From: an uncultured Fibrobacterota bacterium
Lineage (GTDB): Bacteria; Fibrobacterota; Chitinivibrionia; Chitinivibrionales; FEN-1185
DNA: 64,000 nucleotides
Direction of reading: 5' to 3'
NCBI GenBank assembly: GCA_963729895.1
Contig: CAVSQB010000028.1
Location: forward strand, 227,495 to 291,494
Shown here: positions 1-10,209 of the stretch, piece after piece
How positions within the stretch are numbered: the stretch's first letter is position 1
Layout: every line of letters begins with the position of its first letter
Made by a program: the position numbers and the translations under genes
Notes under the pieces: model-generated
Database searches by the model: none
Seen by the model: only the letters and a program-made list of their open reading frames with translations
Told to the model about the DNA's origin: nothing

Positions 1-35
1 GCGGTCAGTGCGGACCACGGGTCTTTGGAAGCGGT

Positions 36-893
36 TTAAGACGTACGAAGCCGGATGCGGTATTTCTTCACCATGCGCTCGGGGCGATACGAGGCCTTTG
101 CCCGGCGCAGCGTTTCCATGCCCAGGTCCTGCTCGAAGTTAAAAACGGCGTACTGTGAAGGCATGATCTGAGCGAATTGGCTGTACATGTACTGGTATAT
201 CCCTTTGAACGCACGTTTTGCCTTTGCAAAGTGAAGCACAAAGCAGGTACGGCCCAGTTCTTCGCCGATAATGAAGCCTGCGGGCCCGCCGTCCACATAG
301 TAAATGGCCCCGCAGAGCCCCAATTCCTCATACAACAGAAGAGCTTCCTTGCAAGGGGTGTAGTCCGTATTCTGCGGCGATTCATCCGATTCTTCCTGCC
401 ATGCGTCCAGAACGGCCAGGGCATCCGGGAGCCGTTCGTTTGTCAGGGGAAGCGCCTGCACGCGGTAGCGGGCCAGAAACTGGTTGAGCAGGTTCTTCTT
501 CGCGTGCAGCTTGTTTCCCGGATAGATGGCAAGTTTGGCGATCTCGTGAATGTAATCGCTTTCGGCGTCGTCGAACGTGATGTCATAGGCGGCCGGATCG
601 AACGCCCCGAGCCATTCTTCCGGCACCGGAAAAAGCATGCCGCAGGCGGTTATCATGCGGTCAAGCAGTTCCCTTTTTATCACACGGACGTCCTGCGTGG
701 GCATGACGTAAGTATCGCCGTTGTGCGCTGTACCGCGGATGAAAATCTCCTCCTCGAAAAGCACCGCGTACGAGTGCTCTGCGCGGAACAAATACAGGTT
801 GGCAAAGCTGTACTCCGAAACAGACAGGGCCAGGCCGCGCAGCGGCTCATAGAGGATTTGTTTGTGGTGCAGAGAAAGAGGCTCTTCGGTCAT
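36..893 (-). CDS. DUF2156 / aminoacyl-phosphatidylglycerol synthase C-terminal-like (GNAT-fold) protein
   Basis: 285 aa ORF; SEYSFANLYLF N-terminus, HFAKA...GIYQY and NFEQDLG..LRRAKASYRP motifs typical of DUF2156. Confidence 0.8.
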   Translation of the reverse strand: MTEEPLSLHHKQILYEPLRGLALSVSEYSFANLYLFRAEHSYAVLFEEEIFIRGTAHNGDTYVMPTQDVRVIKRELLDRMITACGMLFPVPEEWLGAFDPAAYDITFDDAESDYIHEIAKLAIYPGNKLHAKKNLLNQFLARYRVQALPLTNERLPDALAVLDAWQEESDESPQNTDYTPCKEALLLYEELGLCGAIYYVDGGPAGFIIGEELGRTCFVLHFAKAKRAFKGIYQYMYSQFAQIMPSQYAVFNFEQDLGMETLRRAKASYRPERMVKKYRIRLRTS

Positions 894-1071
894 GGCGATG
901 CACCTCCGGCCTTAACAATAGCGCTTATGCACATACAGTCGAATTTGAGGCACCGTCCCGGGGAATTCTTTGCACAATCTCGCCGCAGGTGTTTGATCGA
1001 TGTGCGGCGCTCATTACGTGAATGTTGGGATCATCGGGCATGGTCTGCACTGTTTCTGCGGGACTATGCAG

Positions 1072-1440
1072 TCAGGCCGGACTTATTGTGGCCGCAGCGC
1101 CCGACATGCGCTTCATCACGGCGCGTTGCAGCGGACCGAGCGCCCTGAATTGAACTCCGATCTGCAGGTACTTGCGGTCTTGGAAGTATCGCGTTCTCAC
1201 CCAGACAATTTTTCCATGGAAATGCACGGACGGGCTGAAGCTTCGTGGCTGAATGGTCACCACGACCCTGTCACCTTGCTGCAAGAGCCTCTTTGTATTG
1301 ACCTGCGCGCCGCCGGTGCTGATATCCACAAGTTCCGCGACATCCCTGCCTTCCCACAGGAAGAAGAACCTTTTCGTGTAGACAACCACGCGGAGCTGTT
1401 TCTTCACTCGCGGGTGTTTCCGACGTTCTTTCGCATCCAT
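1072..1440 (-). CDS. PilZ-domain protein
   Basis: ERRKHPR (RxxxR) and DISTGG (DxSxxG) c-di-GMP-binding motifs; start placed at MDAKE. Confidence 0.8.
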   Translation of the reverse strand: MDAKERRKHPRVKKQLRVVVYTKRFFFLWEGRDVAELVDISTGGAQVNTKRLLQQGDRVVVTIQPRSFSPSVHFHGKIVWVRTRYFQDRKYLQIGVQFRALGPLQRAVMKRMSGAAATISPA

Positions 1441-1536
1441 CGCGCCGTCCCCGAAGGGTTGTTTGTCACTTCTCACAAGTAAAATACTTGTCTTGAACCC
1501 TGCAGGCGCAATAACAAAATGGGGTTTCTTTTGCCG

Positions 1537-2304
1537 TTACCAGTAGAATTCACTTCCGATACTGAAGATCATTTCCGTTTCATTTCGGTCATCATAAATG
1601 CCGATTCCGGACCCGACATTGAGGGAGAACCAGTTGGAAAAGCTATAATGGAAATTAAAGGAGCCGGTACCTCCAGAGTGGTTTCCGGTATAGTACAGCG
1701 CTAATGCCGACAGGACGGCTGCTTTCGGTGAAAGTTGAAAACCGATCGCGTTGGAAACGGTCGGGAAGGATTCAGTTGCTGTCCCCTTGGGGAAAGAGTA
1801 ATTCAAAGCCTCATAAATATTCCCTTGATACCAGGCAGATGGAGAGAGCCGCTTCTTCCAGGAAAACCTTAGGCTGCAATAGGCTCCACTCGGATCGATG
1901 GTTGACGCGCCTCCTCCTAATGCAAATTGCCACTTGTATCGTACGGTCGTATCAACAAGCGGGCTTTTCGTCAATTGCCAAACAAGGTATGGATAAGGAA
2001 TGTAAGGCAACGAGAGATTGTCCGTTAATGAGTAGGACGCTGTACCCACCAATAAGGATGCGAAAACATCGTTGCGAAACACACTAGTGTAAGAGATGCC
2101 TCGATACGTGACACGGTCTCTAACTTCAAGGAAGCCTGATACTGATGGTTCTACCGACCAGGTTCCTTTTGGATCAACAATCGGCCTGTCTATTTCCGCA
2201 AGCGGCACACTCATCTTGTTTGGTCCTGCACATTCCATGCAAAGCATCACGATGCAGGGAAGCGCAATAGTCCAATACCGTTTCACATTTTGCTCCTTTG
2301 CCAA
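1537..2304 (-). CDS. Hypothetical secreted/outer-membrane protein
   Basis: 255 aa; signal-like N-terminus, alternating beta-strand pattern, aromatic C-terminal residue (EFYW). Confidence 0.55.
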   Translation of the reverse strand: MAKEQNVKRYWTIALPCIVMLCMECAGPNKMSVPLAEIDRPIVDPKGTWSVEPSVSGFLEVRDRVTYRGISYTSVFRNDVFASLLVGTASYSLTDNLSLPYIPYPYLVWQLTKSPLVDTTVRYKWQFALGGGASTIDPSGAYCSLRFSWKKRLSPSAWYQGNIYEALNYSFPKGTATESFPTVSNAIGFQLSPKAAVLSALALYYTGNHSGGTGSFNFHYSFSNWFSLNVGSGIGIYDDRNETEMIFSIGSEFYW

Positions 2305-2401
2305 CCACTCTTACAATTGGTAGTCACCAGCCACAAAAGGGGTTTTGTCTCCTTGGATCATTGAAGAACCCCGCCCCGAATAGCGGGGTTAGCGGGCTGT
2401 G

Positions 2402-2845
2402 TTATTCAACGACACGCACGATCAAGGGTTCAGACCACTTCGACGTATCTGTCCCGTTTACAAGCTGTACCTGCACCGAACAGGCGCCTGCAATTGTCCA
2501 GGTCCATACGATTGCCGAATCCTGCATCAGTGAAGACACCTGATTGCTTGACTGACTGGAAAACAGAAACCGTTTCATCCCTGCCGCTCCCGTATAGCTG
2601 TAGCTCTGTGCATGATTTACTTGAGCGGTATCGGAGCCCAACGGTTCTATGGGCACAACCTGTCCGCTTCCGAGATCAGGTTGTCCCGTAAATGTTGTTA
2701 CGACCGGTCCGGTGGTGGAATCGACATATCCAAACCCTGTAGGATTGCCGATCACGCCCCCGCCGGCCGTGTCGCCCATTGACCCTCCGGAAGAACAGCG
2801 CAGCATGATCATAGCCGAAACACCGATGATCGTGTGCCGTATCAT
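2402..2845 (-). CDS. Hypothetical lipoprotein
   Basis: Signal peptide with Cys followed by GGGVIGNP linker; 4-nt overlap with the upstream TIGR02147 gene. Confidence 0.6.
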   Translation of the reverse strand: MIRHTIIGVSAMIMLRCSSGGSMGDTAGGGVIGNPTGFGYVDSTTGPVVTTFTGQPDLGSGQVVPIEPLGSDTAQVNHAQSYSYTGAAGMKRFLFSSQSSNQVSSLMQDSAIVWTWTIAGACSVQVQLVNGTDTSKWSEPLIVRVVE

Positions 2846-3699
2846 GAAGGTTGTTCTCCATTGTTGAGGGCGCTTGTCGGATACAGCTGGATGTTGACAT
2901 GATAAACACGGTTCTGGTCTGTATCTTTCTCAACAATGCTTACGAGCTTCTCCCGAAAACGCCGGACCTCCTCTTTCATGGCAATAAGACCTTTTGGGGA
3001 GAGTGCTGCCGCGACGCAACTGATGTCCCGTTCCAAAGACGGACAATCGGTAATTGCCTTCTTCGCAACATCGAGGTTCTGGCGATGGAATTCGGTGACG
3101 GCGACCGACCGCACTTCGTCACCGCTGGTGACTACGGTATCCACCAATTCGAATCGTTTTCCTCTTTTTCGAATCAACCCCAGACGCAACAGGAGCTTGA
3201 CCGAGGCTTTCGCCTGGCTTGGCTTGATTGCAGGAACTACAAGGGAGGCGAGGCGTTCCCAATCGTTGCCGATGTCATGCATGACGACAAGTTCCCGGAC
3301 GGTGTGGTGATACCACCGTCTGTAGAAGTCGTGTTGGTCCCGGACAAGAAGCCGAGCGTTGCTGCGGCGGTTGAATTCGGTGAGTTTGGCCCAGGTTCGC
3401 ATTTTCTGATCGTGCGTCTTGGACTGGTTGAACGCAACAAGTGCCTCAAAAAAAGCGACCGATTTGCCATCAAGACCGATGGAGCGGGCAACGGTGTCAA
3501 GTGCATCATCGGCAATAAGTTTCTTCCCGGAGATCAATTCGGGAAAATAGCTCTTTGATCTGAAGCCCGCGGCGTGTGCCCAGACTTGATATGAGAAACG
3601 AGGATTCTTCCATTTTTTCTCGGTATAGAAGTCACGTAGAAATGTCCTGAAATTAAGATATTCAAATATGGATGGCATTGTTTTGTCCTTTGTGTTCAT
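2842..3699 (-). CDS. TIGR02147 family protein (DUF4423, Fibrobacterota-expanded HTH family)
   Basis: IFEYLNFRTFLRDFY...NPRFSY, WYHHTVRELV, RDISC and VYHVNIQLYP motifs. Confidence 0.9.
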   Translation of the reverse strand: MNTKDKTMPSIFEYLNFRTFLRDFYTEKKWKNPRFSYQVWAHAAGFRSKSYFPELISGKKLIADDALDTVARSIGLDGKSVAFFEALVAFNQSKTHDQKMRTWAKLTEFNRRSNARLLVRDQHDFYRRWYHHTVRELVVMHDIGNDWERLASLVVPAIKPSQAKASVKLLLRLGLIRKRGKRFELVDTVVTSGDEVRSVAVTEFHRQNLDVAKKAITDCPSLERDISCVAAALSPKGLIAMKEEVRRFREKLVSIVEKDTDQNRVYHVNIQLYPTSALNNGEQPS

Positions 3700-3947
3700 T
3701 ACCAAATTTACAAACAAATACCGAGGCTTGCAAGACCAGATCGCAAGATATCGTTCTTTTTTAGCGAACGGTTCGATATGCGGGGTGTGACATGATCCTG
3801 CGTCTTGGTTGCCGATACGGCATGAAGAACCGGCACGACCGCATCCGTCGCGTTACGCCGCCCGGGCGACTCCTTTCACTAATTTACAAAATGTATATTC
3901 TTTCTGTTGCGGCATCCGCCCGTTCGGTTTCTCCAGGGAGAACTGCC

Positions 3948-5399
3948 ATGTCCGGCGAAGTGCGGCTCAACCTTCTGCGCCTCACCAGCGGCACCGCTCT
4001 GTATGGCGCCTCGGACGTGATATATGCATTTGTCCGGTTCTTTCTCGTTGCCATAATCACCCGCATTCTCACTCCTGCCGATTTCGGAGTGTATGCGATT
4101 ATCTCCGCTACGCTCCAGTTCGCCTGCGTGGCGATGCCGCTGGGTCTTCCTACCGCCATGATCGTCCAGTTCAGGGAAAACGACAAAGACCAGATGGCGG
4201 CGCTCAGGAACACCACCATGCTGTTCCTGCTTCAGATATGCGCGGCGCTGGCCGTTGCCTTCTTTGCATGTTCGAAGATCCTGTTTGCAAACACAACGAT
4301 TTCCGCGCTCGCGGGCTGGATAATCCTGTGGTCCGTTTCCGACGTTTTGGGGATGGTGCCGAGGATGTCGCTTCGCTTCAATCAGAAAATTGTGCCTTTC
4401 GGCGTGGCGCGAGTGCTCAGGGCGGTGGTGATGGTGGTTGTACTGCTCTGGCTCGTTAAGACTCACGTCAGCGGTTTGGCTGGGGTCGTGATATCAGAAG
4501 CTGCGGCTGCGGCCACGGAATTCGTTTTCGCATGCATTTTCGACGGTTTCATGCCCCGCCCGGATCCGCTGTGGGGCCTCGGCTCGCTGCTTCGGGCCGG
4601 ACTTCCGCTTACCCTCGTCGGTCTTGGCATTTTTTTGAATGACCTTTCCGACAGGTACGTTGTGTTCCTGTTTCTCGGAAAGCAGGCAAACGGCTATTAT
4701 TCCGCTGCCGCAAAAATCGCGATTGCCGGCTCGTTCTGCGCGGAAGCATTCAACTCAATGTGGTTCCCCTATTTCTTCAGGTTCGCCCAGAAAAAGGAAT
4801 ATCGGGAGTCGGAACTGCGCGACTTTTCAAAGAAGCTCGTACTCCTCTTTGCAGCGCTCATCGGGTTTTTGACCATTGTTCTTCCCCGGGTCTTGACCCT
4901 CAAAATGTTCGGCAGATACTTTGTTTCACCCAGCTATCACGGCGCTGCCGTGCTGGTGGCGCCTCTCACGCTTGTCTATTTCTTCAAGATGGCCATGTAT
5001 GTCGCCACTCCTGTCCTTACCTACCGGCAAAGGATCGCACGACTTTCCACCATAATATGGATAGCTGCGATTGTCAATATCGCCGCCAACATCCTATGGT
5101 GCCGGGTATTCGGCAATTCGCATCTGTATGCCGCGCTCTTTGCGATTGCGCTCATGACCTCACTGTCCTATGGGTTATGCATGGTATGGGTGTCCCGCGA
5201 CGCAGGCGTGTTTCCGCTGCGCACTTGGGTCTTCTCTTCCACGCCGCTGTTCTCAATTGCGCTTCTTGGCCCGGCGTTCCTGCCGGTCCCACTTTATTGT
5301 AAAATCGGAATTTGGGCGGTCGTCTCCTTGGTGCTGTATCAACGCCAGTTCGCACACAGCAATATCCTGCGGAGGCTGATTGCCGGGCAGGGTTCGTGA
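3948..5399 (+). CDS. Oligosaccharide flippase (Wzx/MOP family)
   Basis: Many TM segments; TRILTPADFGVY and SDRYVV...GYYSAAAKI motifs; start at ATG 3948 after GGGAG. Confidence 0.85.
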   Translation: MSGEVRLNLLRLTSGTALYGASDVIYAFVRFFLVAIITRILTPADFGVYAIISATLQFACVAMPLGLPTAMIVQFRENDKDQMAALRNTTMLFLLQICAALAVAFFACSKILFANTTISALAGWIILWSVSDVLGMVPRMSLRFNQKIVPFGVARVLRAVVMVVVLLWLVKTHVSGLAGVVISEAAAAATEFVFACIFDGFMPRPDPLWGLGSLLRAGLPLTLVGLGIFLNDLSDRYVVFLFLGKQANGYYSAAAKIAIAGSFCAEAFNSMWFPYFFRFAQKKEYRESELRDFSKKLVLLFAALIGFLTIVLPRVLTLKMFGRYFVSPSYHGAAVLVAPLTLVYFFKMAMYVATPVLTYRQRIARLSTIIWIAAIVNIAANILWCRVFGNSHLYAALFAIALMTSLSYGLCMVWVSRDAGVFPLRTWVFSSTPLFSIALLGPAFLPVPLYCKIGIWAVVSLVLYQRQFAHSNILRRLIAGQGS

Positions 5400-5401
5400 T
5401 C

Positions 5402-6178
5402 ATGAAGCACGCTGCGTCAAGATTTCCGGTTAAGAGGCTTCCCGATGGTCGCGCCATGATCAACCTGGGAAGCAGCGCGCGCAGCGCCCCGGGCTGGAAC
5501 AATATAGACTCGAGCTGGCTCATACGTCTTGGCAGGCATCCTCGTTTATGTTCCGCCCTTCATGGACTTCAATTGCTCAGTTCGGCGCGCTACAGCCGGG
5601 TCATGACGATGGACAAGAAGACGATTGCATGGAACTTGGCAAAAGGCATTCCGTTTGCCGACCGGACCTTTGATGTCGTCTACCATTGCCATGTTTTGGA
5701 GCACATCGACAGGGACGCTGCAGTTTATTTTGTTGAGGAGTGCCATCGCGTCCTCAAGACGGGCGGTATCGTGCGCGTCGTTGTGCCCGATTTTGAAAAG
5801 GCGGCTCGGGAATATATTGCGATTGTCGATCGCCTCCCCGCTCATGCCACTATGAAGGACCATACCGCAGCCGTGGAAAACATGATTGACCAGATGGTTG
5901 TTCGCAGGCCGCGATACCGCAGCCAGCATAAATTGATCGTTCGGTTTCTCGAAGATATTCTCATCGGAAATACGGCGCGGGCCGGGGTTTTGCACCGGTG
6001 GATGTACGACAGATTTTCTTTGCAGCAGTTATTAAGGGATGCCGGTTTCTCGTCCGTCCAATTGTGCGACGAGAAAACCAGCGTCATCCAAGGTTGGAGC
6101 AAGTGGAACCTCGATATGGAACCAGATGGAACGCCCTACAAACCAGGTTCAATTTATATGGAAGCTCACAAGGCTTGA
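5402..6178 (+). CDS. Class I SAM-dependent methyltransferase domain protein
   Basis: INLGSS, FDVVYHCHVLEH and RVLKTGGIVRVVVPD motifs. Confidence 0.8.
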   Translation: MKHAASRFPVKRLPDGRAMINLGSSARSAPGWNNIDSSWLIRLGRHPRLCSALHGLQLLSSARYSRVMTMDKKTIAWNLAKGIPFADRTFDVVYHCHVLEHIDRDAAVYFVEECHRVLKTGGIVRVVVPDFEKAAREYIAIVDRLPAHATMKDHTAAVENMIDQMVVRRPRYRSQHKLIVRFLEDILIGNTARAGVLHRWMYDRFSLQQLLRDAGFSSVQLCDEKTSVIQGWSKWNLDMEPDGTPYKPGSIYMEAHKA

Positions 6179-6327
6179 GAATAAAGTCGGAGGGAAGTAC
6201 TAATTTCTGTTGGCCTGGTTTTTCCAAGAAATGTGGCGAACAGGCGCTCACAGCCAAAAATCAAACGTGCAAAGGGAAGGTCGGCCCAACCATCTTCGGT
6301 CCGGTACTCTCAAGAAAGGCGGTAGCA

Positions 6328-7269
6328 ATGGTTTCCAAGATACCAGTCCGATTTACTATGCTTTCACTTATGTTGTCTGTCGCCCTTGCCGTGATTTTGT
6401 CAGGGTGCGCAGAGAGTATTCCGATTCGTACAGCTCCTCCTCCGCTCCAAACGTACGACCAGCCGCACTGTCCGGGACCTGGCTATCTATGGGTACCGGG
6501 TTATTGGGCGTATGGCCAAGACGGATATTATTGGGTTCCCGGAATGTGGGAGCTCGCCCCGGAAGCAGGCTTGATGTGGACTCCCGGTTACTGGAGCTGG
6601 TCGGAGGGAGAATATGTCTGGCACCCCGGATATTGGGCACGGGATATCGGGTTTTACGGCGGAATCGATTACGGCTGCGGGTACACCGGGTCCGGTTATG
6701 CAGGCGGATATTGGAAAGACAATAACTTTTACTACAACAGTGCCGTATCGAATGTGAATCCATCGGTTGTAAAGAATACGTATGCTGAACCTGCGGTGAA
6801 TAGAGACACATTTGCGGCCCGGATCAGTTACTCCGGCGGTACCGGCGGCGTTATCGCCGCGCCAACAAGCCAGGAGTTAAACACGGCACGTGAACCGCAT
6901 GTTATTCCGGCACCAAGTCAGAAACGGCCCACTTTGAGATCCAGCACTGTTAAGAAGGTGGTAAAAGCATTGAATTTCAAGTATAGAATTGACCCGAGAT
7001 ATTCCCAGATGGACCAAATCAAGGTTCCAAATTATCAAATTGTCAACGACACCGTAAAGTTCTTCTTCTGTTCGAGCGGCACTGCGAGTAAATTCATGTA
7101 TAGACTCAAGCAGAATTCCGATACTTTGGGAATAGAGGAATACTACGGATCCGGACCGCTTCTGAAGCGCAAGGAATCTTTCTGCGTTTCCTGCACTATC
7201 TCGGGATTAAAAACAGGTCAGTATTCTGTCAAGACCGTGGACGGCATCCAACAAATTGAAATCAAATAA
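6328..7269 (+). CDS. YXWGXW-repeat lipoprotein
   Basis: Lipobox LSGC; repeated WVPGYWAY / WTPGYWSW / WHPGYW units. Confidence 0.8.
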   Translation: MVSKIPVRFTMLSLMLSVALAVILSGCAESIPIRTAPPPLQTYDQPHCPGPGYLWVPGYWAYGQDGYYWVPGMWELAPEAGLMWTPGYWSWSEGEYVWHPGYWARDIGFYGGIDYGCGYTGSGYAGGYWKDNNFYYNSAVSNVNPSVVKNTYAEPAVNRDTFAARISYSGGTGGVIAAPTSQELNTAREPHVIPAPSQKRPTLRSSTVKKVVKALNFKYRIDPRYSQMDQIKVPNYQIVNDTVKFFFCSSGTASKFMYRLKQNSDTLGIEEYYGSGPLLKRKESFCVSCTISGLKTGQYSVKTVDGIQQIEIK

Positions 7270-7376
7270 CGGCATTGTTTGCAGTTGCTGCCCGCGCGAC
7301 TGTGCCGAAAGCCGATGGGTTCCCGGCGGCACAGGTTTGCGAATAATCACACGTTCTTAAAAAGGGGGAAAATTTT

Positions 7377-8369
7377 ATGAGTTTTTGCGGGCTCGCCACA
7401 ATTGCGGTTGTATTTCTTGCGCTGTCCCTTGGTGTCAATGCCGCGATCCCGGCCGGATATGCCGGCAAACCCTATTGCTGCGACACGCTCAAAGGGCATT
7501 ACCAGCAGATTCCCGGACAGGTTTTATGCGTATTTTTCGACTCGGGTGGGGAGGGAGTGGGATTTCATTACCCTGGAAACAGCAATTCGGGCGGATCAAT
7601 GCGAATGAATTCCGCCGGACAGCAGATTCAGGCTGATTTCATTGTAAGCATGCAGGCGTTCGGTGGTAATGACTACATTTTCGGTTCGAACCCAGGTCAG
7701 CATGATTCAGGCTACTGGCATCTGGCCTGGATCCTTCCGTCCACCTACTACACCAACGGCGACCCTGGCGAATGGGAAAAATATTCCGTTCATGTCAATA
7801 CGGCGGGGATGTATTATGTCAGTTTCCATGAGGCGAATGCTAACCTTCCAAATCTCCAGCTGCTCACCTATTATGATGGCCAGAATGTAAAAGTAGATTC
7901 GATTATTAATATGCCGGTTGACACGCCGTTGCCCTCCGGCTGTCCTGAAGTCTGGCATTCGTGGAGTATCACCAAGAATGTGGATTCCGTGATGCTTGAC
8001 ACCGGATTGCAGGTTATTCAGCTGACTTTTACAGACGGCAGTTGGAACATGGACTGGATGCAATTCGATCTTTATACCCCTGCGAGTGTCATGCATGCAG
8101 CAATTGCGGGTCCGAAAGAACAAGGCATAAAGATAAGGCCCGTAGAAAACATGCTTGATGTTTCTTTGAACGTGGCACAGGCTGGAAGGGCATCGTTTTC
8201 CATCATGGACTGCAGGGGAAAACTGGTCGGTAACCCGATGACGAAGTTCTTGATGTCCGGGATGCAATCGCAAAGTCTACCTGTTGGCAAACTGTCTCCG
8301 GGCGTTTATTTCCTGGAGATTGGACATAACGGCACCATGTCGGGATCGCGGTTCCTTATCCCCAGATAG
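7377..8369 (+). CDS. Secreted carbohydrate-binding (CBM6/35-like) protein with C-terminal sorting-type domain
   Basis: Signal peptide; FDSGGEGVGFH, GEWEKYSVHVNTAGMY and WNMDWMQF motifs; C-terminal LSPGVYFL domain. Confidence 0.65.
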   Translation: MSFCGLATIAVVFLALSLGVNAAIPAGYAGKPYCCDTLKGHYQQIPGQVLCVFFDSGGEGVGFHYPGNSNSGGSMRMNSAGQQIQADFIVSMQAFGGNDYIFGSNPGQHDSGYWHLAWILPSTYYTNGDPGEWEKYSVHVNTAGMYYVSFHEANANLPNLQLLTYYDGQNVKVDSIINMPVDTPLPSGCPEVWHSWSITKNVDSVMLDTGLQVIQLTFTDGSWNMDWMQFDLYTPASVMHAAIAGPKEQGIKIRPVENMLDVSLNVAQAGRASFSIMDCRGKLVGNPMTKFLMSGMQSQSLPVGKLSPGVYFLEIGHNGTMSGSRFLIPR

Positions 8370-8506
8370 AGTCATTTGGCAGTCGTTTTTGGATGGATGC
8401 CGAGGACTTATCAGGTGGGTTTCACAGCGTTATATCCGGCAATCCCCGGCGCCGGGTTTCTTATTGAGATTAAAGGCGGCTCTTGGCTTTCAGACCGATA
8501 CCTGTG

Positions 8507-8947
8507 TCAGTGGCAAAGAAGTGATATTCCTGCCGCTATTGCGGTAAGGGAAAGCGTAAAGCAGATAGTGTGTCCCATTGTCCATTGGTGTCTTACGTTC
8601 ACCGTGCCATTATCCGGAACGCCCATAGACGTGCTTCCAGTTGCGTCCACTATAACACAAACCCCGGCAACAATCCCCCCGGCAATTGTGATAGCCCCGA
8701 ACAAATTCTGATAGCGAATTTGGTTTGGGCTTAGCTGGATTTCCTCGCCTTTCTCCCTTAATCCTCTGCGGTTAAGCTCATCGATCTCATCCTGCAGGAA
8801 TTGCATGCGTTCGTAGCCAACAACGGTGTCCTGGGTCATTTTCGGCGCCCTTACGGGAGTAGAGGGCTTGGACGAGGATTGTGCCGTCGAATCCGAGGCA
8901 AAGGAAAAAGCCACAGCAAGGAAAATAAAGAGAATCGCCTTTTTCAT
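8507..8947 (-). CDS. Hypothetical membrane protein
   Basis: Signal peptide MKKAILF plus two hydrophobic segments; GGGGAG RBS. Confidence 0.55.
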   Translation of the reverse strand: MKKAILFIFLAVAFSFASDSTAQSSSKPSTPVRAPKMTQDTVVGYERMQFLQDEIDELNRRGLREKGEEIQLSPNQIRYQNLFGAITIAGGIVAGVCVIVDATGSTSMGVPDNGTVNVRHQWTMGHTICFTLSLTAIAAGISLLCH

Positions 8948-9207
8948 TTTCTCCCCCGCACTTCTAACGCAAAAAAACATGCAATGCCCATTTTTGAAGT
9001 TTCATATAAATCATAGTCGACGAAACAGAGGAAAAAGTTCAAGAAAGAATGAGTGACCGGCCTCTCTTACACGAAACCCGGTGGATAACTGTGGATATGG
9101 GAACAGCTCAATTAGTCGTCACAGGGCGATGGAAGGGACGAGAAGGTGGGGACCGGAACACGTATGAAACGAAAAGTCCAGCCGGTTAAGAGAAGACATC
9201 AGCGCTA

Positions 9208-9852
9208 TTATCGTTTTGAAATAATGGCTGCCTTTGTAAGTTCACGTGCTATCAGGCCGATTGTTTCATCATGAATCTGCTGGGTCGAAACAGGGTCGGC
9301 AATTGCGCACGTCCCGGACCAAACCATTTGCTCGTTACCCCTCGTTGACCAAACATCCACTTCATGGCTGACGATCTTTGATGTTTCCACATAGCCGGGA
9401 TGAACTTCCTCGACGTATCTGGTATAATACCTGTTGCGCCAGGGATTGTATTGTGTGACGGGTTCCGTTGTCGCATAAGGCGCCACGGGAGTTGATTGGG
9501 TTTGGATTGGAAGCGCGCTGATAATCAGGACGCCATCGTACCCGTAACGGCGAACCGCATCTGCAATCTGATTGGTATCCGGGAAGGCATCGGGAAATTC
9601 GTGATACGAGGGAGCCACAATCACGCTATGTTTCGATAACTCAACGGCAAATGCATCCTCCCACATTCTGCGCTTGATCCGGTCCTTATTGACGGAAATA
9701 ACCATGATGCTTTTCATGGGACCGATATTGTACGATGGGTCTCGCCAAACATTGGCGAGTTGCAGCGACGGCGCGCAGGCGGAAAAAAGAATCGCGATGC
9801 TGCAGATTGTCAAGGCACTTGCAGCCACAGGCTGAACGAGATTTCGTTTCAT
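9208..9852 (-). CDS. Hypothetical lipoprotein
   Basis: Lipobox FSAC; VWRDP...RRMWED pattern; GGAGG RBS. Confidence 0.65.
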   Translation of the reverse strand: MKRNLVQPVAASALTICSIAILFSACAPSLQLANVWRDPSYNIGPMKSIMVISVNKDRIKRRMWEDAFAVELSKHSVIVAPSYHEFPDAFPDTNQIADAVRRYGYDGVLIISALPIQTQSTPVAPYATTEPVTQYNPWRNRYYTRYVEEVHPGYVETSKIVSHEVDVWSTRGNEQMVWSGTCAIADPVSTQQIHDETIGLIARELTKAAIISKR

Positions 9853-10209
9853 TTGCCTCCCTTAATGGTTAGGAATTCGAGAAAAAATAACCAATCTCAA
9901 CAAAGAATATCAAGTTCGATGATCTCATTCCACAGCCATGAGCGCCGTTTTATCAAACGGGATCAGATCCCGGATACATACTACGTTTTGGAATTCGTTA
10001 TCCTCACACTAAATCTACCTTCACATAGTCCAGAGATGACATGGCCGCTCAACACAGGCGGTGATTCCTGTTGTTGGTTGTCAGATGAAGGCGAGGCGGT
10101 AACCAAATCGACTTATCGAAGTGATCGGATGAAGGCGCGCTGCCGGGCGCACTAGACAGACAAGGCATCCTTTCGAATGCCTTGTCTGTCTGACCGACGG
10201 GGAACGGAA

